The notes under the pieces are model-generated. The model made no database searches, was not told where the DNA came from, and saw only the letters and a program-made list of their open reading frames with translations. Both the position numbers and the translations under genes were made by a program. Positions 1-12,755 of a stretch of DNA of 64,000 bases are shown piece by piece. The DNA is taken from the NCBI RefSeq assembly GCF_964188315.1, contig NC_135661.1, positions 74,338,001 to 74,402,000 on the forward strand, written 5' to 3'. Each line of letters starts with the position of its first letter. Position 1 is the first letter of the stretch. Source of the DNA: Podarcis muralis (lineage: Eukaryota).

Positions 1-657
1 CTGGTAACTACGGGGCTTCAGTGTTTGGAAACCAAGTGGTATATCTGCCCTGAAACATCTGCAGCCACAATTTGTATTGGAAGTGGGGTCACGTATAATG
101 TCCCTGGTCCCACCATGATCACAGATCATCAAGAATTCACAAGAAAAAGGAGGCCAGAGATGGAAACCGAAAACCTCTGTAAAACGGTGGTGTCTAGGTG
201 AAAGCAGAAGTTCCTTACCGCCTTCCCCATTTTGATTCCTTTGGGCCTGGTCTTCTCTAAGGCCAACAAGACAGACCCGGGTGGGTCTCAAGTGTCTGAG
301 GCTGTTGCAGGTGCTCTGTGGCTCAGGGAGGGTAAACGGTGACCCCTCTTGGGTGTCCCCCTTTTATCAATTCCTCTGGGTGCCACCTTGTCCCTGGAAG
401 GAGAGGGGATGCCAAACCCTCTTGCGTGCTTTTTTGAAGTCACGCACCAGGAGGTGACAGCCTCGGAAGGGAGAAAACAAACACACAAGAGAGCAGGCTT
501 CACCTTGGACTCCCCTTTCCACCCATGGCAACTCCCTCTGGAGCAAACACATCCAGGCGTCGAAGGCAAAGACCTTGAAGGTGAGGGAGATGAAGGAACA
601 GGCCATATAAAAGGATGGAACTGGTGCCATTAAATACAAGGCTCTGGGGGGAAAGCC

Positions 658-790
658 ACGGCTGTGGCTCAGTGGTAGAACATCTACTTTGCATGCTGAA
701 AGGTCCCAGGTTCGATCCCTGCCATCTCCCTGTGTGGCTGGAAGAGACCTCTTGATTTCCCCCCAGTATTAGTGGCCATTGAGCATACTC
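658..790 (+). mobile_element. tRNA-Ala-like SINE (related copies about 5838-6020 minus, 18030-18215 plus)
   Basis: GGCTCAGTGGTAGAACATCTACTTTGCATGCTGAAAGGTCCCAGGTTCGATCCC head continuing into a non-tRNA body. Confidence 0.6.
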
Positions 791-935
791 AGTTCTCACC
801 AGGCTGTTTTTGGGTCCCCCCTCCCCAAAATTTGATTTATATTTCTGTTAATACCTCCTCCCCCTTGTGCCATTTTGGCCGGAACATGAGCACTTCACAC
901 TGCAACATTGTGTTATGATTAACGGATTTGATTTC

Positions 936-1181
936 AGAAGAAGAAGAGTTTGGATTGGATATCCCGCTTTATCAGTACCCGAAGGAGTCTCAAAGTGGCT
1001 AACATTCTCCTTTCCCTTCCTCCCCCACAACAAACACTCTGTGAGGTGAGTGGGGCTGAGAGACTTCAGAGAAGTGTGACTGGCCCAAGGTCACCCAGCA
1101 GCTGCATGTGGAGGAGCGGAGACACGAACCCGGTTCCCCAGATTACGAGACTACTGCTCTTAACCACTATACCACACTGGT
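936..1181 (-). mobile_element. tRNA-derived squamate SINE with (CTT)n tail (Squam3-like)
   Basis: CCAGTGTGGTATAGTGGTTAAGAGCAGTAG head with A/B boxes; near-identical to the copy at 58002-58292. The family name is recalled, not searched. Confidence 0.75.
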
Positions 1182-2718
1182 TGTGGGGTGCAGTTTATTA
1201 TTATTTCTACATGTAAGCACCCTTGATCGTTGCAACAGATACCCTCCCTGATTCCAAGAGGGGAGGCAGGAATAGTAAGGTCTGGTCGGTAGGCCACTAG
1301 TTATGAGCTGTGCAACTGAGCCATGGAAGGACCGTCAACAGCGACCCCCCCCCCAAAAAAATTCTCTTTATGATGCCACTGTGGCAATGACACATAAAAA
1401 GAAGGCGATGGAAGTATGGCAATTACAATATTTGTTAAGAGTGCTGAGAGTTGTTGGGAGACTCTGATTCCCCTCACAGAGCTGCAGTTCCCAGAGTTCC
1501 TCAGGAAGAGACAAAACGACTTTGGAAACTGTAGTTCTATAAGGGGACTAGCGGTTGCCTTATTTACTCTATCAGATTCATATAGCATCCTTCATCACAA
1601 GATCTCAAGGCGGTTCACAAGATAAAAATAAAAGGTAACTCTCAGCACCCTTAACAAGCATCAGCTCCCAGAATTCTTGGGGCGGGGGGGCGGGGAGGGG
1701 AGCTGCGGCTGTTTAAAGTGCTTTTAATAGATGTTTTGCGGCATGGTGTGAATGTGACCTAAATGGGAAATGACTCAAATTTCATCCCCCTTCCCTTCCT
1801 CTGGCACGAAGCTTTGCGAAAGAACCACAGCTGTGGTAGCCACATCAAGTGGAAACTGCTATAGCCTCGCAGCAAGCATCCTACGTGGTCAGCCTTTCTG
1901 TGGGATTTGGAGTTGAGCATGCCTCTCAACTTTGAGCTTTCAGTTTGTGGTTCTTGAGTGGGAGAACGGGAGAGGTTTGAGGGCAAGCGACTTCTGCTAG
2001 CATCTGAAGAGATTTCTCATTCCCCTCCCTTTGTTAAACACTTTGTTAAACACTTTATTTAACTGACAAACAAAAAAGCACAAAAAACCCAAAATAACCC
2101 CACAGTGCATCAGGTTACACTTCCCTATTTGAAAGAGAGGAAATTCCTTGGAGGCCAGATCTGCTGCCCCTATCGATCCTGTCACCCGAAGGCCATTGCC
2201 CCAATTTGCCTCATGGTTGGGCTGGGCCTTCACTTAGACCATTCTTGCATTGTACAACTCGCTTCATCCTTCCAGGGATTGTTTGTCTTGCAGCTACTAA
2301 TAAGCTACCAATGTTGATAAAAAACCTGTTAGTTGTGTTACAGGAATTTATGTAACGGTTGGGGGGGGGGGCATTGCCCCTCCAGCAGACATCATACACA
2401 CATACCCCGACTACCAAACTCAACACAATCACTCCTGCATATGTCCCCACAAAACATTTCATCACAGTTTTTCCCTATCTCTATTCAACAAAATAAAAAA
2501 AATTCCTTCCAGTAGCACCTTAGACACCAACTAAGTTTGTTATTGGTATGAGCTTTCGTGTGCATGCACAATACAACAATTCACTGATAAATGCATCAAT
2601 GTACTGGCTCACTGGGAAAACTTTAGAAAGTCATATAAAATTGCTCCAGTATGGATTTGCGCCATTCCAACTTGGTTCTGTTCAGGAAAGGAATGGCTAC
2701 CAAGAAGGGAGTCTGGGA

Positions 2719-3234
2719 TGTAGGCAGCCATAATTCCTGAAACCTGGGATCACATATACAGCAGCCTCTTGCACAAGAGATAATCACTGGCACCCTGGCA
2801 AATGGGTGCCAGACAGGCAGTCGTCTCATGGACAATGGCAAACCATCCAGGAATGGATTAGGTCCTGGGTCAGGACAAAGGAGTGTGATTACCTGATGGG
2901 GGAAAACCAGGAACTTGTAAATATCCCTATCGTATCACTTGATGGGTGCTGGGCAAGGGAGGTTGGGGGCAAACCTGACGAACTGCTTTCTACCAGAAAC
3001 CCCCTCCCTGTTTGTGACGTATGTATGATGTATCTGGGCTGTATGCCTGATGCTTCACCTGAGGTGTTTATGGGAAAAGGGGAAACTGATAAAAGAGGAA
3101 GCAGCCCTTTGTTTGGGGCTTCTCCCTGCTTCTTCTATGGGGTGGCTAGAAGTTCTCTTGCAACAGTCTTTTAAATAAAGACCAGGCCTACAGGCTGCTG
3201 TTTTGCTCCTATTTTCTTGGCTGGTGTCTTTGGG

Positions 3235-3235
<1 letters not shown>
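2719..3235 (+). mobile_element. LTR-like sequence interrupted by an L2 insertion
   Basis: Starts TGTAGG. GCAACAG...AATAAAGACCAGG...GCTGCT resembles the R/U5 region of the 18394 and 44473 LTR family. No TSD found. Confidence 0.55.
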
Positions 3236-3285
<50 letters not shown>

Positions 3286-3745
3286 TTATTTATACCCCGC
3301 CCATCTGGCTGAGTTTTTCCCCAGCCACTCTGGGCGGCTCCCAGTCAAATTTTAAAAACAGTACAGCATTAAATATTAAAAACTTTCCTGAACAGGGCTG
3401 CCTTCAGATGTCTTTTATAGATAGGATAGCTGCTTATTTCTTTCACATCTAATGGGAGGGCATTCCACAGGGTGGGCGCCACTACTGAGAAGGCCCTCTG
3501 TCTGGTTCCCTGTAACCTCACTTCTCGCAGTGAGGGAACCGCCAGAAGGCTCTTGGCGCTGGACCTCAGTATCCGGGCTGAACGATGGGGGTGGAGATGC
3601 TCCTTCAGGTATACAGGACCAAGGCCATTTAGGGCTTTAAAGGTCAGCACCAACACTTTGAATTGTGCTTGGAAACGTACTGGGAGCCAATGCAGATCTG
3701 TCAGGACCGGTGTTATGTGGTCCTGGCGGCCAGTCCCAGTCACCA
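3236..3745 (-). mobile_element. L2-clade LINE 3' fragment with (ATT)n tail
   Basis: ORF 3369-3743 HITPVLTDLHWLPVRF...RAFSVVAPTLWNALP. Confidence 0.88.
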
Positions 3746-5224
3746 GAATCCAAGTGAGCCTGGGAATTTTCCTTTTACAGTTGCTTTTTACGCAAAAAAA
3801 AAATAATCTCCAAGCAATTTAGAGCATATTTAAAAATAAGCAGAAGGCCCACACCACATCCTCTTTTTAGGATTTGCGCTCATTGCAGAGTTGGAAGGGA
3901 CCTCAAGGTGGTGGTGTGAATGTGGCTTTAATTTTGTTCATAGACAATAATGGAGGCTCCTCACGTCCCACTTTTCTCAGTACCTCTTAGTGGGCTGCCC
4001 TTTCCCTCCTGGTTCTTTGCTGCCGTTCCTTTCCCCCCTGAGGGACCTTGACAGGACCTTGTACTAAAATGCCCCAGCTTTGCGTCCAGAGCTGCCTCTG
4101 GCATGTTCACAGACCTTCGCCTTGTCCTGGAGCCAGAAATCTCTGGTGAACAGGGCCCTCCTCCCCAACCCCTGCTTATCAGCTGGTGACCTTACAAAGA
4201 GGAAGGAGAGATAGGAAAGCTGAAGGATTAACGTAGACAAACACAACTCGGGTATGTGAGATGTGAAAGCGTCAGTTTGCCTTCTCCGCTGTTACTCAGT
4301 GTGCCGCCTGCCCAATAGCATTCTATTCCAGGTCACGTGCTACAAACTTGTGTTAGAAGCCCTGCTGGGAGCCATGTAAGCATCTGCAAACCACCCCATG
4401 TACACATATATAACCCAGTTCTAAAATAGCTGCATTGACTTCCAGTTCATTTCTGGGCCCAGTTCAAGGTGCTCATGCCAGGACTTAAAGCCCTAAATGA
4501 TTTGGGTCCCACATAACAGAAAACCTGCCTCCTTCCCTCGGAAGTTCCGGGTGGTGGTGACTCAGGAGAGGACCTTCTCTCTTGGCAGCCCCTAAACTGT
4601 GAAATTCCTTCCCCAAAGACCCTCCAAATGCACCTGTTTTCCAGGGCAAGTCCCGGATTTACAGAAGCCGTCCTGGTTTTTTTATTTGATCCCAGAATGT
4701 CCCACTTTCCCTTAGGAAATCCCTATTTTCATTGGAGAAATGGTGGAGATTATGGAGTTATCCAACCTCATCTGAAGGCAGCCCTGTATAGAGAAGCTTT
4801 TTAAAAATGTTTAATTTTTTTATATATGTTGGGCTGGGGCAAACCAGTCAGATATATATATGTTATTGTTGGGTGCCTGGGGCAAACCAGTCAGATATAT
4901 ATATAAATTGGTATATTGGTGTAAATATTATTGGTATACAGTGGAACCTCGGGTTACAGACACTTCAGGTTACATATGCTTCAGGTTACAGACTCCGCTA
5001 ACCCAGAAATAGTACCTTGGGTTAAGAACTTTGCTTCAGGATGAGAACAGAAATCGCACGGCGGCAGCAGGAGGCCCGATTAGCTAAAGTGGTGCTTCAG
5101 GTTAAGAACAGTTTCAGCTTAAGAATGGACCTCCAGAACGAATTAAGTACTTAACCCAAGGTACCACTGTATTGGTATAAATATTATTGTTATTATTGAA
5201 TAGGACGTCCCTATTTTCATTGGA

Positions 5225-5594
5225 CGGGACGCGGGTGGCGCTGTGGGTAAAACCTCAGTGCCTAGGACTTGCCGATCGCATGGTCGGCGGTTCGAATCCC
5301 CGCGGCGGGGTGAGCTCCCGTCCTTCGGTCCCAGCTCCTGCCCACCTAGCAGTTCTAAAGCACCCCTAAGTGCAAGTAGATAAATAGGTATCGCTTTATA
5401 GCGGGAAGGTAAACGGTGTTTCCATGCACTGCGCTGGTGCTGGCTCACCAGCTGCAGCTTTGTCACGCTGGCCACGTGACCCGGAAGTGTCTCCGGACAG
5501 TGCTGGCTCCCGGCCTCTTAAGTGAGATGAGCGCACAACCCCAGAGTCGGACACGACTGGCCCATACGGGCAGGGGTACCTTTACCTTTACCTT
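5225..5594 (+). mobile_element. Sauria SINE, full length
   Basis: tRNA-like head GGGACGCGGGTGGCGCTGTGG, Bov-B-like tail CCAGAGTCGGACACGACT and (ACCTTT)n; 13-bp TSD TATTTTCATTGGA at 5212-5224 and 5595-5607. Confidence 0.9.
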
Positions 5595-6184
5595 TATTTT
5601 CATTGGAGAAATGGTGCTTCTTCACTCTATGGCTTCTTCACTTTACAGCTTTTGGTGAATGCTGAAGATACACCATTTTACCCTGGCGTTTGACACCTGA
5701 GATGTATGTTTTCTGGGCCTATCCTATTCCTGTGATTTGCTTTTCGCTGTTTTCAATTCTGAATTTCCAATCATCTACCACCCTCAGACCTGCTGAGGGC
5801 AGATAATTAATTCATTCACTCATTATAATAGATGGGAACACAGGAAGCTGCCTTGTAACTGAGTCAGGCACCTAGTCCATCAAGCTTCATACTATCTACA
5901 CTGCCTGGCAGCCACCCACCAGGATTTAGGGCAGGTTCTTTCCCTGCCCCAGATGGAGATGTTGTGGGTCAAACCTGAGGTCTTCTGCATGCAAAACAGA
6001 TGCTCAGCTGCTGAGTTATGGCCCTGCAGAATAAGTATGAACAGCACACGTTTGTGAGTTGTGAAATGTGTAACCAACGGTTTGAATAAGGGATGAAACT
6101 GCATTTCAAATTCCAGAAGCCTATGTAGAATGCCTAATTGGCGGTGGTGGAGGCAGCAGCGAGGGAAGTATTTCAGCCAGACCT

Positions 6185-7030
6185 ATCCTTCAAGGAGCTC
6201 AAGACAGCATACAGGGTTAACTGTCGGAGATGCAATAGGGATAATGCTTCTCTAAAACGTATGTTTTTTCATTGTCCTATACTGAAAGATTTTTGGCAGA
6301 AGGTAACTGGAGCCATCAACAGAACTGTATGGAACAACCATACATTTGCAGAGCAAAATATCCTCTTGAATTATATAGCCAGCACATGGAACCTTGGTAA
6401 AGGTAAAGGGACCCCTGACCATTAGGTCCAGTCGTGACTGACTCTGGGGTTGCGGTGCTCATCTCGCTTTATTGGCCGAGGGAGCCGGCGTACATCTTCC
6501 GGGTCATGTGGCCAGCATGACTAAGCCGCTTCTGGTGAACCAGAGCAGCGCATGGGTACGCCATTTACCTTCCTGCCAGAGCGGTACCTATTTATCTACT
6601 TGCACTTTGACGTGCTTTCAAACTGCTAGGTTGGCAGGAGCAGGGACCGAGCAACGGGAGCTCACCCCGTCGCGGGGGTTCGAACCGCAGACCTTCTGAT
6701 CAGCAAGTCCTAGGCTCTGTGGTTTAACCCACAACGCCACCCGCGTCCCTCACAAAGGGACAATATGAGTGGACTCTCTGTGACCTTACCACAGCAAAAA
6801 CGCAGACTTGCCCTGGACAAATTCAGTGGTATTTGGAATCCAATCTTACAAATACTGTAATAGGTTAAGATAATAACCTTGTATATAGTTTTGGGGTTTC
6901 CCCCCTCCCCACTTTGTCTTCTCTTCCTCGTGGGTTCTCTTTCTCTTTCTCTTTTTTGTTTGCGTCTCACCATGTTTAGTGCACAAATAATTATGTACTT
7001 TTTGAACTTTCAATAAATATGTTACCAAAA
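6185..7030 (+). mobile_element. L1-clade 3' fragment interrupted by a Sauria SINE
   Basis: CRRC...MFFHCPILKDFWQKV (ORF2 C-terminal Cys/His motif), and a 3' UTR ending in CAATAAA that is shared with 54005-54135 and 60660-60877. Confidence 0.75.
6396..6749 (-). mobile_element. Sauria SINE
   Basis: Same head and tail motifs in reverse complement. Confidence 0.88.
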
Positions 7031-7542
7031 AACCCACAAAACAGCATACAGGGTTTCCTCCCTCCCCATTTTATCTTTACAGCAACACCGGTTAGGCTGA
7101 GAGATGGTGACTGGCTCATGGTTGCCCACTAAACTTTGTTGCTGAGTGGGGATTTGAACCCTGATCTCCTGGATCCAGTCCACTGCATCACAAAGGCTTT
7201 TGATCCAGTTTCAAATCACTTCTCTGCCTTGAAGCTCACTCTGTTGTATCATGTGTCAACAGGAAGGCAGATATGAACACAGCCGTCAGTAGATTTCGAC
7301 TCTCCTATATTTCATAGGAGCCGCACCCTTCATAGGAGCTGCACCCTTGAGCCGAGCCAGTTAATACGCCATACATTGCTATCTTTCCTTCTGGAATTTT
7401 GGTTCCTGGCCTTGTGACTTTCCTTGCATTGTACATGGCCAAATTGTTCTCAAGGCGACGAGCTCAAGGCTGCTTATCGAGTCACTGCTTGCATCACTAC
7501 ACAAGGCCAGATCTTCAGTCTGAAGGGAGGACAAATCCACAG

Positions 7543-7890
7543 CGTGGGTGGTGCTGTGGTCTAAACCACTGAGCTTCTTGGGTTTGCTGCTCAGAAGTTC
7601 AGCAGTTCAAATCTGCTTGATGGAGTGAGCTCCCGTCCCAGCTTTTGTCAACCTAGCAGTTTGAAAGCACGCCAGTGCAAGTACATAAGTCTGTACCTTT
7701 GAGGTGGGAAGGTTAACGACGTTTCCGTATGCTCTGGTTTCCATCGCAGTGTCCCATTGTGCCAGAAGTGGTTTAGTCATGCTGGCCACATGACCTGGAA
7801 AGCTGTCTGTGGACAAACGCTGGCTCCCTCAGCCATAGTAGCCTTTGACTGCATTTAACTGTCCAGGGGTCATTTACCTATTTACCTTAC
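7543..7890 (+). mobile_element. Sauria SINE (diverged)
   Basis: GTGGTGCTGTGGTCTAAACC head and TTTACC tail. Confidence 0.8.
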
Positions 7891-8954
7891 CAAGCCACAT
7901 AACCCATGGGCTAAGCTGTCAAACCGGTGGTTCAAGTTGGGTTCATCAGCTGCAAGTCCCCATAGCTGCTCATTGTCCAGCATTCATTGGGCTTGCAAAA
8001 CCCCAAAGCCACTTGAGCTGATTTAAGGACCTTCTTCTGCGTTGTCCTTCAAAATGAGGACACAGCTCTGCCCAAACTTTGCATGTGTTATTTCTAAATG
8101 CAAATTGAGAAATACCATTTGATTTAAATAGAAATGCAATGCATCTCCTCATGGAATCATAGAGTTGTAAAGGACCCCAAGGGTCATCTAATCTAACCCT
8201 CTGCTATGCAGGATTCTCAGCCAAAACATAAATGGCAGGTGGTCATCAGAATGGAGAAGACTGTGATCTAATGACCTGGGAGCCTAGTCCAGGAGCTAAC
8301 TGTTGATTGGCACCTTCAAGGCCTCTGATCTCTCTCCTTAGGGTCCTTTGGCTGTGTATACACAATACATTTAAAGTACATTTAAAACAGGATCCTCCCT
8401 TCCAAGAATCCTGGGAACTGTACTTTATCATACACAGAGCTACAATTCCCAGCACCCATAACAAACTACAGTTCCCAGGGTTCTTTGGAGGGAGGGTTGT
8501 GCTTTAAGCATGCTTTAAATGTATGGTGTGCACACAGTTCTTTATCTTTAAAACCAGACTTGGACCTAGCAGCCCTTAAAATAATTCTACAAATAGAGGA
8601 TTACCCTCTGTAAAATAGGACACATGGCCAGCCTAATCCTGCTACAAATATAATGACTTGACATGCACGAAAGCAGAAGGTGTTTGCCAAGGTCAAGTTA
8701 GCTGTGAGTACAGTGGTAGCTGCGGACATGCCACTGAGATTGTCACTGCCAAAAACTTTAGGGAAATATGGAAGTGATTGTACTGAACGAAGAGCACAGC
8801 ACAGCATGGGTGCTAATCAGTCGCTTTCATATTCTCCAAGAAACTTGTGGAAGGCAGCAGTGCACGCTATTGGCAAAGACGGCTGCTATGTGTTCATTTC
8901 GCCTCTGCTGTGTGGATGACATGTAACAGGGATACCTGCTGACTGCAACAACAA

Positions 8955-9236
8955 GTTCTTATTCTTATTCTTAATACCCCACTTATCTGGCTAGGTTTCC
9001 CCAGCCACTCTGGTCAACTTCCAACAGAATTTTAAAAACACGATAAAACCTCAAATATTAAAAACTTCCCTAAACAGAGCTGCCTTCAGATGTCTTCTAA
9101 AAGTCAGGTAGTTGTTTATTTCCTTGACATCTGATGGGAGGGTGTTCCACAGGGCGGGCGCCACTACCGAGAAGGCCCTGTGCCTGGTTCCTTGCAACCT
9201 CACTTCTTGCAGTGAGGGAACCGCCAGAAGGACCTT
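8955..9236 (-). mobile_element. L2-clade LINE 3' fragment
   Basis: LLAVPSLQEVRLQGTRHRAFSVVAPALWNTLP; same 3' UTR as the other copies. Confidence 0.85.
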
Positions 9237-10447
9237 GCTACCATAGGCAAGCCCCTGTCTTTCCGCATAACCTGCCTCACAGGTCTGATGTGAGGCTAAA
9301 ATGGGGTAGTTCGGTTCCTTGGAGGACGTAGGAGTCTTAAAAGGGGCAGGTTTTTCAGGGAAAGATGCTGATATAATGCCAAGGTTGCAGGTTCGATCCC
9401 TGGAAGGGACAGATGCATATTCCTGCATTGCAGGGGGTTGGACTAGATAATTCTCAGGGTACCTTCCAACTCTATGAGTCAAGAGCCCTAGAAAGGAGCG
9501 TCCAGATGGGGAAGCCTACTAGTCAACAGTAAAACTTACATTGGTTGCCCCACACCCTTTTGCCCCAGGCACCTCCTGGAGGGGTGTCCAGAAGGGAATG
9601 TGACCTTAGGGCTGAAAAAGGTTCCCCTTCCTTTCCAGAAAGCAAAGAGGAACCAAGGTTCTTGTCTTTGTGGTATTTCCAGTCTTGCTGCAGCCCTTAC
9701 AGCCATGCCTGTGATGCAGACGCAGTGACTAAGTCTAAGAGACCAGAGTGCCTGGAGCTCTTGGCAGAGGTGAGATTCGAACCAGGTGCTCAGTCCCACA
9801 CTTGCTGAGGTAACAAAGGTGCAGGGGAGCAACACTCACCACATAGGAGAAGCGAGCAGCGCATAAGACCTATGCTGGTTTGCCAGTTTCCCTGAGCCTG
9901 CGGTTCCTCTCTCATTTAGGCTGCACACACCATGCATTTAAAGCCACTCCAAATCATGGAAGCTGTAGTTTGCTAAGGAAGCTGGAAAATGTAAGAAATG
10001 CAGTTCCCAGGGTTTTTGGTGAATGTGCTTGAAATATATGGTGTGTACAAAGTCGAAGATGTGTCTAGAGGGAGTAGGTTGTTGGGAAACTCTTAGCTTC
10101 ATCTCCTAGCAGTTGCGGAAAGCAGGAAATGTCAACATTTTAGTTTATCAGATACTGCTTATTGGGAAAGTCCCATCATCTTCCCATGTGCTAACCAGGC
10201 AGCGAATGGCATAATTGTAGCTTGCTCAAATTACTGTTACACCACGTGACTTGAACTGAGTTTGCTTTCAAGGCTGAGCTGTTTCTACACTCTGGATAAC
10301 TTGTCCCTTGATCCCTGCACAGGAAGGGGATTTCAGGTTGGGGATTTGTGAACTTAAAGTGGGCTGGACCCATCTATAATAACATTGCACTTGGAAACGA
10401 GCCAATCAATATGGACTTACAGGAGAGATAGATCTTAGGAACATAAA

Positions 10448-10809
10448 AAGGTAAATGTAAAGGACCCCTGACAGTTAAGTCCAGTCACAGAAAACTCTGG
10501 GGTTGCGGTGCTCATCTTGTTTTACAGGCCGAGGGAGCCAGCGTTTTGTCCACAGTTTTTCCCAGTCATGTGGCCAGCATGACTGAGCCACTTCTGGCGA
10601 AACCAGAGCAATGCACGGAAACACCGTTTACCTTCCTGCTGGAGCGGTACCTATTTATCTACTTGCATTTTTGGCGTGCTTTCGAACTGCTAGGTTGGCA
10701 GGAGCTGGGACTGAGGAACGGGAGCTCACCCCATCGCAGGGATTTGAACCACTGACCTTCTGATCGGCAAGCCCAAGAGGCTCAGTGGTTTAGACCACAG
10801 CACCACCCA
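10448..10809 (-). mobile_element. Sauria SINE
   Basis: Reverse-complement head and tail. A partial copy also lies at about 36103-36200. Confidence 0.85.
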
Positions 10810-11495
10810 TAGGGAACTGCTTTATGCCAAGTCTGACCATTGGCCCTGGTGAATATTGTATTAGCCTTTGGGAAGCGGGCAAAGTTCATGAATTTTTGCT
10901 ATATTTCTTTTGCCTTAAAAAGAGCCTGAGTGTTTAAAAATAAAATCCCCAAAGAGTGAGGAAGCTCTGGCCATGGGTGTAATCAGGCTGGACAGGCCTC
11001 CATCTTTGACATTCAAGGCTGTTTTAGCCAAGCTACTTCTGCTATGAAGTTGTAGAGGAAAAGACATGGCTGGGGCATTGGGGGCTTTCAGGCATTATCA
11101 ATCGGCTGATTGGCGCCCCCTGCCAAAAGCTTTGCTTCGCAAGGGCCAACAATCTGCTGATTGTCACTGGGACTTGCAACATCACCACCATTTCAAGTGT
11201 CTGTTTGGCAGCTCCCACCATATTTCTGATCAGAAATGCCCCTGGAATCTGAAGGCACTTTCCAGAGACAACCTGTTTAAATACTCATCCAGATTCGATA
11301 GACGACTTAAGATATTCACCCTCATTTGTCTGCCAGGAGGCTAGATGATGCTGCGTCAAAGCAAGTGGTATCCCACATGCTCTGCCGTATTTCCCCACCA
11401 TTTCCCTTATTGTAAAAGTCCCATATTTGGGGAAGCAGGTTTGTTGTGCAATGCCTCCCCCTTAGTTCTAATTGTGCAGTCTGAATTTGCCAGTA

Positions 11496-11726
11496 CAGTG
11501 GTACCTCGGGTTAAGAACTTAATTCATTCCAGAGGTCCGTTCTTAACCTGAAACTGTTCTTAACCTGAGATACCACTTTAGCTAATGGGGCCTCCCACTG
11601 CCGCCGTGCGATTTCTGTTCTCATCCTGAAGCAAAATTCTTAACCTGAGGTACTATTTCTGGGTTAGCGGAGTCTGTAACCTGAAGTGTCTGTAATCTGA
11701 AGCATCTGTAACCCGAGGTACCACTG
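11496..11726. mobile_element. Tc1/pogo(Tigger)-type MITE; family copies at 4939-5169, 42570-42811, 61452-61667
   Basis: TIR CAGTGGTACCTCGG...CCGAGGTACCACTG flanked by TA. Confidence 0.85.
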
Positions 11727-12416
11727 TATGTGTTTGAATCCCACTCAAAAATAAGTGCAAGAAGGCAGAATGCTATTGCACTCATGACTTGCTGCCCAGC
11801 TTCCTGTAGGCTAATCTGGTTTGCCTCTGTGAGAACAGGATGGTGGGATAAACAGACCTTTGGTTCGACCGAGCACAGTTCTTCTTCATGTTCCTGGTTT
11901 TTCCCTAGAACCCAAGATCTGCCTGTCGGAGCCTTGTTCACAGTAGTGTTTGCTGCCCTTTGGAACTGGTAGGCTGGAAAACAGGGAGGCCAACAGTAGA
12001 TGGCGCCAGAGCCAATGGTAGCAGAATGAACTAATTCCAGTTGGAGCCATAGCTAGGCAATCTTGTGCCCCTGGCAGAACCATCCAGATTGCGCCTTCTA
12101 GCCACTGACAAATTAGCTCTTCTTTCTGCCTCTCCTCCAACCCCCCCTCCACCCATTCAATTCATACTCTATTTAAAACCATTTCTTATGAGGCAATAAT
12201 TGATATTTATATTTATGGACATTTTTAAAGCCAATTTTGCACCTCTACCCATCGCCTGCGTCCACCTGGCGAGGGCCCACCTCACCACCCCCTAGCTACG
12301 GCCCTGATTCCAGTCTTGTCCTCTTCCTCCTTGATGGGAAGTTTTCCTTCTGCACATTCTTTTCTCACCCACCCTAGAATGTTCAGTTCACATTGAGTTC
12401 ATGAAACATCGTACCC

Positions 12417-12755
12417 TGACCTGTTCTTAATGCATGGTTGACCACATTCTACGGAATGTGCTAGTTATGCTCTTCTAAGTCTTGCTATATCAATCATTAG
12501 TAATTGTTATATCAATCATTAGTAATTGTTTAATAAGGAGGTTTTCATGCCTGTCTAATTCTGTGTTCCCTTTCCCAGCCTTTAATCTATTGATGATTAA
12601 TGTCTATATGCAACCCTTGTATTGTATTTGTGTTAACCAATCAGCAACAAGCACATATGTGGCAATGCTGTAATATTCAATAAAAGGGACTCCCCGAGAC
12701 ATGCTCGGTAGATGCCTCCCACATGACACTTGCCATTCGTCTGTCGTTTATTTCA
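12417..12755 (+). mobile_element. Putative solo LTR
   Basis: TG...TTTCA ends flanked by ACCC on both sides; CCAAT and AATAAA inside; internal 23-bp tandem duplication. Confidence 0.45.

Noticed and set aside
1-640. Minus-strand splice-like signals and ORFs at the window start (also about 4060-4200, 8600-8800, 14500-14700)
   Set aside because: No recognisable protein and implausibly short implied introns; an unannotated gene cannot be supported or excluded.
658-730. tRNA-like sequences (also 35866, 46616, 18030)
   Set aside because: They continue into SINE bodies, carry stem mismatches and are multicopy, so they are SINE heads and not tRNA genes.
6190-7490. Similar peptides ELKTAYRV (about 6195) and ELKAAYRV (about 7458), J-domain-like
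   Set aside because: No J-domain continuation (no HPD). On the minus strand both resemble degenerate L2/SINE 3' ends (GC(T/A)G(T/C)CTTGAGCTC).
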